Shown piece after piece: positions 47,886 through 59,000 of a DNA stretch of 64,000 nt (within the stretch, counting starts at the first letter, position 1; each line of letters starts with the position of its first letter). The notes under the pieces are model-generated. The model saw only the letters and a program-made list of their open reading frames with translations. It was not told the origin of the DNA and did no database searches. Source of the stretch: Macrostomum lignano (taxonomy: Eukaryota); assembly GCA_002269645.1 (NCBI GenBank), contig NIVC01000842.1, positions 25,837-89,836 on the forward strand, written 5' to 3'. A program made the translations under genes and the position numbers.

Positions 47886-50800
47886 ATGGCGGACGCCAGT
47901 CTCCCAGCAGCCGCAGAGCCGATGGCTCTCCCAGTCGGTCGGGTGGCCAGAATTCGTCAAATGTTTCTTGCCGGCCGCGTTGTCCCATTAGAGCCGGGAG
48001 CTAGCGATGAGGCGTCGGCGGCTGCGGTGGAGGCTGCTTTGATGTCTCCGCCCTCGCAGCAGCAGCAGCAGCAGCATCAGTTACATCATTCGCCAGCGTC
48101 TTCGTCGTCTTTGAAACGGCCCCGAGAATCGTCTGAGCCGCCACCACAGGAGCGCCGCAGCTCTTCACTGACGCCGTCGCCACCTTCGAATGCTGGTTCA
48201 ACTAGACAGAATGGCGGCGGCGCCGAGGGACCGGAGTTCTTGCAGGTAGTTTTAACAGTCTAATTTTTTAATTGCTTTTCTAGAACTACAACTGTTGCTT
48301 GCTGCTTTGAAGCTTATCCTCCGTTCCGCCCCTAAATCCTCCGTTCCAACCCTAAATCCTCCGTTCCGCCCTTCATCCTCCGTTCCGCCCCTAAATCTCC
48401 GTTCCACCCCTAAATCCTCCATTCCGCCCCTATAACCTCCGTTCCGCCCCTAAATCCTCCGTTCCGCCCTTCATTCTCCGTTCCGCCCCTAAATCTCCGT
48501 TCCACCCCTAAATCCTCCATTCCGCCCCTATAACCTCCGTTCCGCCCCTAAATCCTCCATTCCGCCCCTACAACCTCTGTTACCCACCCCTAAATCCTCC
48601 GTTCCACCCCTAAATCCTCCGTTCCACCCCTACAACCTCCGTTCTACCTCTGATCCTGTGAGCTCCCATTAATCCACTGTTCTAAAACCTATCGTCCTAC
48701 GTTCCGGCCCTTAATCCACAAGTCCTTTGCTTAACCTGTTATAGTTCTTCGTTCCACTCCGCCATCTTAATCCTCTATTCCTCGCTAATGATTCCCCTAT
48801 CCGCTGCTCTCACTGTCAAGACTTTCTTTACACACCCTTTCCCCTGTTCGAGTTTCGATTGTGGCTGCTACAGCTAGTAGGCAAGTTTTCTGATCAGTAT
48901 TAAATAACTTGCCCTGTTAGTCCTTCTACGAAGGAAAGTTATTTCATACACTAGCCGTACAACTAGAGCTTATATGGCTGCTTGTGTCGTGTTTGGTATG
49001 CGCCTATGCTGGCTGCCCGTGTAGCTTTCGATCTGTGTGCATGTGGGCGCTCGAGATAAGGATATAGCACGAATAAGGGACACTGCACACTCGGTGCGAG
49101 ATAGAACCAAATATTATTTTTTATGCATTAAAAAATCTTCTTTCGGTGTCTTTTTCTGGCCTCCGCTGGTTTGCTGCTTTTTTGTGCAGAATCATTGCTC
49201 TCTTTTTTGTCTCTTACTCGTCTAGAGGAGAGAGAGAGAGTTAGTAGACAACTGTAACAGCTACCTTCCACTCTGAGTGACCTGGTTAAGAAAATGTTTC
49301 AGATCCTGTAGACAACTATTAATTAGTACAATGCCGTAAATGCTGCACTTTTTATGTGAAGTTTTTTTTAAATTGTTTAATAATTTAACACTGTTATTTA
49401 GAATTGATTCGGGGAAATATAAAAATATGCTAAGGACGCGTGAAAAACAAGATTATAAGCCTTCCAAAGTTGGTTTAGTGTATTGGGTTTCCTTGGTAAG
49501 GTAAAACTAATTAACTTTGGCCTAGTTTCGGTTTTGGTTCCAAACAAGCAAGCAGTTTTTATTGCTATTTTTTGCGCCCTAATGCGACTCTTAAATCGTT
49601 AATTATTATAAGCGGTGCATGGCAATAGCGATGTCGTAAAAATACAGCCTCCATATTCTACTTGATTCTTTCTTATCCGTAGGTCTCACTGTTCGAGAAC
49701 ATTTTAAATCTGATATCCAAATATTTCATATGATATACACCAGGACCAGTGAGTAGCTAGCTAGGCTTATGCATGTATTGTACTTTATGATTAGTACCTA
49801 AAAAGAGGCATATAGAGGGGTACAGGTTCTGTATAATATGTATATGATGGTTTTGGTTAGTGTGTCTCTCTGTCCCTCTGTCCCTCGGTGTCTGTCCTTC
49901 TCGTTCTCGTTCGTAGAATTTTCAGTTGCTCAGTGTGCCAGCGGTTTTCAATAAATATAAATTTAGAATTCTTGCTGCCGTGACTGACCAGAGCAACTAA
50001 CCGAAGTAGCAGCCCCCAACCCCGCTCCAACCCCCCTAGATCTTCTGGTATAGTTTTGAAGCATTCAGTAAACACAAGGCTATGGGTTAGCTCTTAAATT
50101 ATAGCCCTTGGTTGGGTTGGGGGGGGGGGCTGTCTTACTCTTATTGGTGTACAAAGTGACATGAAACTCGGGTTCTAGAATATTGTGTGTATACAATACT
50201 TGTGTGTGGCAGTATTTACCACTGCCTTAGTCCTGCTGTCCCCTGTTCTGTTGCATATCAATTAGCATATTATAAATGCTTATTATGCTTGAGTATTGTC
50301 ATGACGCATAGATACATCTATTTTCTAATGGATTGGGGTACGGGGAGTGGGAAGAGAAAGACAGAGAGACAGCCGAAATTTGGGTGTGGCCGTTGATATT
50401 GAATTCAACCAATAAGCATTTTTATCCTCGGTACTCTTGACAGTATTGACAGTACTCTTGAAAGAGAAGGTAGAGTGGGAGCTGATAGAGAGGGTAAAGA
50501 GGGAGCTGATAGAGAGGGTAAAGAGGGAGCTGATAGAGAGGGTAAAGAGGGAGCTGATATAGAGGGTAAAGAGGGAGCTGATATAGAGGGTAAAGAGGGA
50601 GCTGATAGAGAGGGTAAAGAGGGAGCTGATAGAGGGTAAAGAGGGAGCTGATAGAGGGTAAAGAGGGAGCTGATAGAGAGGGTAAAGAGGGAGCTGATAG
50701 AGAGGGTAAAGAGGGAGCTGATAGAGAGGGTAAAGAGGGAGCTGATATAGAGGGTAAAGAGGGAGCTGATATAGAGGGTAAAGAGGGAGCTGATAGAGAG

Positions 50801-53042
50801 GGTAAAGAGGGAGCTGATAGAGAGGGTAAAGAGGAAGCTGATAGAGAGGGTAAAGAGGGAGCTGATAGAGAGGGTAAAGAGGGAGCTGATAGAGAGGGTA
50901 AAGAGGGAGCTGATAGAGAAGGTAAAGAGGGAGCTGATATAGAGGGTAAAGAGGGAGCTGATAGAGAGGGTAAAGAGGGAGCTGATAGAGAGGGTAAAGA
51001 GGAAGCTGATAGAGGGTAAAGAGGGAGCCGATAGAGAGGGTAAAGAGGGAGCTGATAGAGAAGATAGAGAGGGAGCTGATAGAGAAGGTAAAGAGGGAGC
51101 TGATAGAGAAGATAGAGAGGGAGCTGATAGAGAAGATAGAGAGGGAGCTGATAGAGAAGGTAAAGAGGGAGCTGATAGAGAAGATAGAGAGGGAGCTGAT
51201 AGAGAAGGTAAAGAGAGAGCTGATAGATGGTTAAGAAGGAGCTGAGAGAGGTTAAATAGGGATCTGAGAGAGGTTAAAGTACTAGCTGGGGGAGAGGGTA
51301 AAGAGGGAACTGATAGAGAGGGTAAAGAGGAAGCTGATAGAGAGGGTAAAGAGGGAGCTGATAGAGAAGATAGAGAGGGAGCTGATAGAGAGGGTAAAGA
51401 GGGAGCTGATAGAGAAGATAGAGAGGGAGCTGATAGAGAAGGTAAAGAGGGAGCTGATAGAGAGGGTAAAGAGGGAGCTGATAGAGAAGATAGAGAGGGA
51501 GCTGATAGAGAAGGTAAAGAGGGAGCTGATAGAGGGTAAAGAGGGAGCTGATAGAGAGGGTAAAGAGGGAGCCGATAGAGAGGGTAAACAGGGAGCCGAT
51601 AGAGAGGGTAAAGAGGGAGCTGATAGAGGGTAAAGAGGGAGCTGATAGAGAGGGTAAAGAGGGAGCTGATAGAGAGGGTAAAGAGGGAGCCGATAGAGGG
51701 TAAAGAAGGAAGCTGATATAGAGGGGGTGCGTAAAGCATCGAATATATTATTATATTTTACTGATTACTTGCAGCAGGTGTATATAAATGTAGGGATTGG
51801 TGCTAGTGTTAAATTTCTAGGCATAATTCTAGTGCTGCTATCTCAGTTTGTGATTTAATCTGTTTTAAAATAGGTTTTGTAAATAAACTTCAATGCAAAC
51901 TATAATATTTCTAACTTCGCGGTTTACGGCATTGACAACTTTCACTGTCAATTTCATGTAAAACGAATACATTTATTAAATTATAAACTAATCGTTTAAA
52001 TCAATCATTTTAAATCAAAACACGTTTTAGAAATTAAAATCAATAGTAACTGAGGCAATATAGCTTTGGAAAACCCGTAAGGTTGTACCATCCCCTTTTA
52101 CCTTCTTTTCTGTCAGCTCTTTACCCTCTGTCAGTTCCCTCTTTACCCTCTCCCCCAGCTAGTACTTTAACCTCTCTCAGATCCCTATTTAACCTCTCTC
52201 AGCTCCTTCTTAACCATCTATCAGCTCTCTCTTTACCTTCTCTATCAGCTCCCTCTCTACCCTGTCTATCAGCTCCCTCTTTACCCTGTCTATCAGCTCC
52301 CTCTTTACCCTCTCTATCAGCTCCCTCTTTACCCTGTCTATCAGCTCCCTCTTTACCCTGTCTATCAGCTCCCTCTTTACCCTCTCTATCAGCTCCCTCT
52401 TTACCCTGTCTATCAGCTCCCTCTTTACCCTGTCTATCAGCTCCCTCTTTACCCTCTATCAGCTCCCTCTTTACCCTGTCTATCAGCTCCCTCTTTACCC
52501 TCTATCAGCTCCCTCTTTACCCTCTCTATCGGCTCCCTCTTTACCCTCTCTATCGGCTCCCTCTTTACCTTCTCTATCAGCTCCCTCTTTACCTCTATCA
52601 GCTCCCTCTTTACCTCTATCAGCTCCCTCTTTACCCTCTCTATCGGCTCCCTCTTTACCCTCTCTATCGGCTCCCTCTTTACCCTCTCTATCAGCTCCCT
52701 CTTTACCTTCTCTATCAGCTCCCTCTTTACCTCTATCAGCTCCCTCTTTACCTCTATCAGCTCCCTCTTTACCCTGTCTATCAGCTCCCTCTTTACCCTG
52801 TCTATCAGCTCCCTCTTTACCCTCTCTATCAGCTCCCTCTTTACCCTCTATCAACTCCCTCTTTACCCTCTCTATCAGCTCCCTCTTTACCCTGTCTATC
52901 AGCTCCCTCTTTACCTCTATCAGCTCCGATTCTATGATAATTAAATTGCTTCAACTCAGGTGAAGCGGCACCTGCGAAAGACTTCAACTACGGATCGGTC
53001 GCCTGGTCAGGATGGCGAGGCTGATTCGCCTTCTCCTACGCT

Positions 53043-53089
<47 letters not shown>

Positions 53090-56000
53090 AGCAACAGCAG
53101 CAGCACCAGAGACGCGGATCTCTTCCCCTATCACCGCAGCAGGCATCGGCGGGAGAAGATTTCCAATCAACGCCCAGACAACGCGTCGATATGCCGATGC
53201 TGGCAAAGTTAAAAACAACCGCCGATCCGCAACAGCAGCAGCCCAACCTGCCTATGCCCCTGCTGATGAGACCAGCCAGGGCAGGAGCGCATCACAGGCC
53301 TAGCTCGTCTCCGTAAGTGTCTCATCTTTAGATGTCTTATTTAATATTGTTATTTTTTTATTCTGTTGTTAATCGTTCCTTACTTTTTGCATGCTGTGTT
53401 AATATGTAATTACCCGTTGAAAGCGTTACCCGTGATAAGAGCTCAACTCTCAAGAGCTCTCAAGATGACTCTCAGATCGAAACGGCTCAAATTTACTCTT
53501 AGGCGACTCTTTGACGACTTTTTGGCGATATGTACCATGACATTTCGTCGTTTTAGAGTTGTCTAGTCTAGAGTCACTTCTTTCCTTTTTTACGAGTACC
53601 TGTGTTACCTGGGCTGGGACGCTTCGTGTCCTAGGTACCGTTTTCATCGGGTGTTTGTCTTTATGAATTCATCCTTGAATTTGATACTAACGTCGCGCAT
53701 CTAAAGATGACGTCATAACTGACATTATTAATCATACTACCGGTATCATATGAAGTTTCAATAGAAGATTATTAAAACTATTCTATTCCTACAGAGCATT
53801 ATACCTATCACGTAGGGAATTACACTAAACCACAATAAAGAATTACAACTAGCTCGTAAACCACAATGGAGAATTACAACTAAACCATAATAGGGAATTA
53901 CACTAAACCACAATAAGGAATTACACTAAACCACAGTAGGGAATGTTACTAAACCACAATAGGAAATTACACTAAACCACAGTAGGGAATTCCACTAAAA
54001 CACAATAGGGAATTACACTAAAGCACCGTAGGGAATTACACTAAACCACAGTAGGGAATTCCACTAAAACACAATAGGGAATTACAACTAAACCATAATA
54101 GGGAATTACGCTAAAACACAATAGGAAATTACACTAAAACACAATAGGGAATTACAACTAAACCATAATAGGGAATTACACTAAACCACAATAGGGAATT
54201 ACACTAAACACAATAGGGAATTACACTAAACCACAATAGGGAATTACACTAAACACAATAGGGAATTACACTAAACACAATAGAGAATTACACTAAAACA
54301 CAATAGGGAATTACACTAAAACACAATAGGGAATTACACTAAACCACAATAGGGAATCATACAAAACCACGATAGGGAATTCCACAAAAACACAATAGGG
54401 AATTACACTAAACCACAATAGATTACACTAAACCACAATAGATTACACTAAACCACAATAGATTACACTAAACCACAATAGATTACACTAAACCACAATA
54501 GATTACACTAAACCACAATAGATTACACTAAACCACAATAGATTACACTAAACCACAATAGATTACACTAAACCACAATAGATTACACTAAACCACAATA
54601 GATTACACTAAACCAGAATAGATTACACTAAACCACAATAGATTACACTAAACCACAATAGATTACACTAAACCACAATAGGGAATTACACTAAACACAA
54701 TAGGGAATTACACTAAACACAATAGGGAATTACACTAAAACACAATAGGGAATTACACTAAAACACAATAGGGAATTACACTAAACCACAATAGGGAATC
54801 ATACAAAACCACGATAGGGAATTCCACAAAAACACAATAGGGAATTACACTAAACCACAATAGATTACACTAAACCACAATAGATTACACTAAACCACAA
54901 TAGATTACACTAAACCACAATAGATTACACTAAACCACAATAGATTGCACTAAACCAGAATAGATTACACTAAACCAGAATAGATTACACTAAACCACAA
55001 TAGATTACACTAAACCACAATAGATTACACTAAACCTAGTCTACATCGCACTAAGCACAACAGAAAGTTAATTATTCCAAAATGAGCATCAGAGGTTTTC
55101 AGCTTGCCCTTACACTATGTTGTTGCTTAAGTTTGTATTAACTAATGATTCTAAATATATGCATAGTCGGATTGAATTATTTAAAAAATATGCAAGTATT
55201 ATGTATCAATATGGCACGCTCGCTTGCAGCTCCTCAGTACAAGATCAGCATCAGCAACAGCAGAAGCAGCAATTAAGAAAGCCAACACAAGGGCCTGTTA
55301 ATGCTAGGCGATTTCAGCCATCGCAGCAACAATCAACAGCTGCTAGCAGGTAGTGCGAAAGGAGAGTCTGCTTTAGCTATAAGATTTTACTCGATTTCAA
55401 ACCTTTGCCCACATCCTCCATTTGTTGCAAAACTGCAATCAGCTTTCCTTCTGTCTGCTGCGCACTGCTCCAATATATAGCTGTAATTATAAACTTCAGT
55501 TTATTATGAAATATGATAATAATAATAATTGCACTTTTAATGCACTGGTTGTTACTTTTATTATTTAGAAATTAGCATTTAATGGTACTATTAGCAGATT
55601 GTTTAGCATCTTTTTTATTTAATATCGAAAAAATAATCTTATCAAATAATTTACGCACAACTTTTGCATATGCTTCTTACTATGTAGTTTGCAAAGATAC
55701 TAAAATAACTAGATGGGCCACTAAGTAAGGCATATAATATATACGAGTACTTAGTAAAACAGCTTTCTACTTTCAGTTCAGTAGCAAGAAAGAATACATA
55801 AGCTATTTTATAAAGAGGACGTTGAAATGACTTTGATTTTAGAAGCCCACAAGCTTGCAGGCGTAAACAACTTGCTAATTGGTTCAGCAATAATGTACAT
55901 TGGCCAGTCCACTGAAATGTACATGGCAGCCTTGGGGTCGGGCGAAGGGGGGGGGGTAGGGTGGAAAGGCGCGGTTGGAGGGTTTCAGCAAGGGGGGTAA

Positions 56001-59000
56001 GAGTCAATAAATAAACCTTGGCATTAAAATACATTAAGATGCTTCTGTTAACTTACTACTGAACTGAAAGTAGCTTACACGCACATGTGCTGAGTGTCCC
56101 ATTTAGTCATTCTAATAAAGTATCTGTGGTAGTTGGCAGTAGTAGTGAGTAGGCTTGATTTCAATTGACGTTTTTGGAACTTCTTTAAACTATCCTTTAA
56201 CCCTAAACATTTAAATTTTCATATGCTGTGTTCTACAATATTTTACAACTCTTTTCACATTTTACAGACGTTCAGGCGAATCCTCGCCAACCAATTCAGT
56301 TGCTTCGTCTAACAAAGAGGAGCCGGATTTATCCAGTTTATCAAGCGCCGTTGCCCAGCAGCAGCAGCACAATGGAAATTATGGGGAAATCACGTATCCG
56401 AAACGGTCCGAAGCTCAAATTCAATTGTCCACTGGCGGCAAGACTGGGCTGAATTACACTGCTGCTGGCACTGCCGCCGCTAATGCTGAGCCTTGTCAGT
56501 CTAACAGGTATGAATACAGACTGCTCATTTCGCTGACTCTTGAGCAGTAATTGATGACTCATCGGAACTTGTGTCTCATGTGACATCATAGCATTGATTG
56601 ATGACTCATCGGAACTTGTGTCTCATGTGAGATCATAGCATTGATTGATGACTCATCGGAACTTGTGTCTCATGTGAGATCATAGCATTGATTGATGACT
56701 CATCGGAACTTGTGTCTCATGTGAGGTTATAGCATTGATTGATGACTCATCGGAACTTGTGTCTCATGTGAGATCATAGCATTGATTGATGACTCATCGG
56801 AACTTGTGTCTCATGTGAGGTTATAGCATTGATTGATGACTCATCGGAACTTGTGTCTCATGTGAGGTTATAGCATTGATTGATGACTCATCGGAACTTG
56901 TGTCTCATATGAGGTTATAGCATTGACTGATGACTCTTCGAAAACAGTGTCTCATGTGAGTTTATAGCATTGACTGATGACTCATCGGAACCTGTGTCTC
57001 ATGTGAGGTCATAGCATTGATTGATGACTCTTCGAAAACAGTGTCTCATGTGAGTTTATAGCATTGACTGATGACTCATCGGAACCTGTGTCTCATGTGA
57101 GGTTATAGCATTGATTGATGACATATCGGAACTTGTGTCTCATATGAGGTCATAGCATTGATTGATGACTTATCGGAACTTGTGTCTCATGTGAGGTTAT
57201 AGCATTGATTGATGACTCATATGAACTTGTGTCTCATGTGAGGTCATAGCATTGATTGATGACTCATATGAACTTGTGTCTCATGTGAGGTCATAGCATT
57301 GATTGATGACTCATCGGAACCTGTGTCTCATGTGAGGTCATAGCATTGATTGATGACTCATCGGAACTTGTGTCTCATGTGAGGTTATAGCATTGATTGA
57401 TGACTCATCGGAACTTGTGTCTCATGTGAGGTTATAGCATTGATTGATGACTCATCGGAACTTGTGTCTCATATGAGGTTATAGCATTGACTGATGACTC
57501 TTCGAAAACAGTGTTTCATGTGAGGTTATAGCATTGACTGATGACTCTTCGAAAACAGTGTCTCATATGAGGTCATAGCACTGATTGATGACTCATCGGA
57601 ACTTGTGTCTCATGTGAGGTCATAGCACTGATTGATGACTCATCGGAACTTGTGTCTCATGTGAGGTCATAGCATTGATTGATGACTCATCGGAACCTGT
57701 GTCTCATATGAGGTCATATCATTGATTGATGACTCATCGGAACTTGTGTCTCATATGAGGTCATAGCATTGACTGATGACTCTTAGAAAAAAGTGTCTCA
57801 TATGGTCATGGCTAAATGCTCGATTTACTATTTTAATTACAATGACTCTCTATTCAAATACAATATACAAGTGTTAATAAATAGGTTATTAATAGGTTAT
57901 TAAAATTCAGATCTATTTTTGGTAATCTAATCCCTAAGTATATTTACATTCAAATCTAGGCCCGCATTTCCTTTGCCAACAAGCGACGAGCCGGTGCAGT
58001 CATCAGCCGAGCAAGATCCCGCGAAACCCGACAAGTCACCAGACGAATCGTCCGCTTGCTTTTCATTGGAGCCACTGTACACCGTAGAAGATTCCGACGG
58101 TAGAACTTTGTACTTTATCGATGATGAACGATTCTATTACGACACGGAAGGTTTGCCATTAGAAGAAGGCGAAGCTCTCGCCGAAGCTCTGGCAGCCGCT
58201 GGCGAGCGTCGGCGGATTCGATTCAGCCGGGCCCCGATTCGAGTGTACAGCGCGCACGCTATGGACGATTACGATCGGCGCAACGACGATATTCGACCAG
58301 TCGAGGCGGCGGCCGAATACGAGCTTGAGAAGCGATTAGAAAAGATGGAGATGGTGCCAGTGCAGCTGGACAAAGGAGCAACTGGCGGACTGGGGATTAG
58401 CATACTGGGCATGGGCATGGGCGCTGAGGCTGGCATTGACAAGCTGGGAATCTTCATCAAGGTGAGATTTGCGTGTTGTTGCGTTCAAAGTTTGTAAAAA
58501 TTTCTAATTAAGTTAAAGGATTAGAATTACAGATAAGGCAAGATGCATGAGAATGAAGGTTGACAAACTGGAAGATAAAAGTTGAGATCGATAACGATAA
58601 AGGATGGGATCTTATTGTTATTATGGGTAGTAGATAGTGAGATTCAGGTAGAAGACAGTGAGATTCTGGTAGAAGACAGTGAGATTCTGGTAGAAGATAG
58701 TGAGATTCAGGTAGAAGACAGTGAGATTCTGGTAGAAGATAGTGAGATTTAGGTAGAAGACAGTGAGATTCTGGTAGAAGACAGTGAGATTCTGGTAGAA
58801 GATAGTGAGATTCAGGTAGAAGACAGTGAGATTCAGGTAGAAGACAGTGAGAATTAGATAGAAGACAGAGATTTAGGTAGAAAACTTATTTGGATAGAAA
58901 ACAGTGAGATTTAGATAGAAAACAATGAGATTTAGGTAGAAGACAGTGGGATTTAGGTAGAAGACAGTGGGATTTAAGTAGAAGACAGTGAGATTCTGGT

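Noticed and set aside
50405-52937. 444-aa, 284-aa and 119-aa Ser/Leu/Pro-rich or charged ORFs
   Set aside because: Translations of the 24-bp inverted arrays.
56535-57800. CRISPR-like regular array
   Set aside because: Head-to-tail units with no unique spacers, a eukaryotic intron context and no cas genes. The same applies to every other array here.
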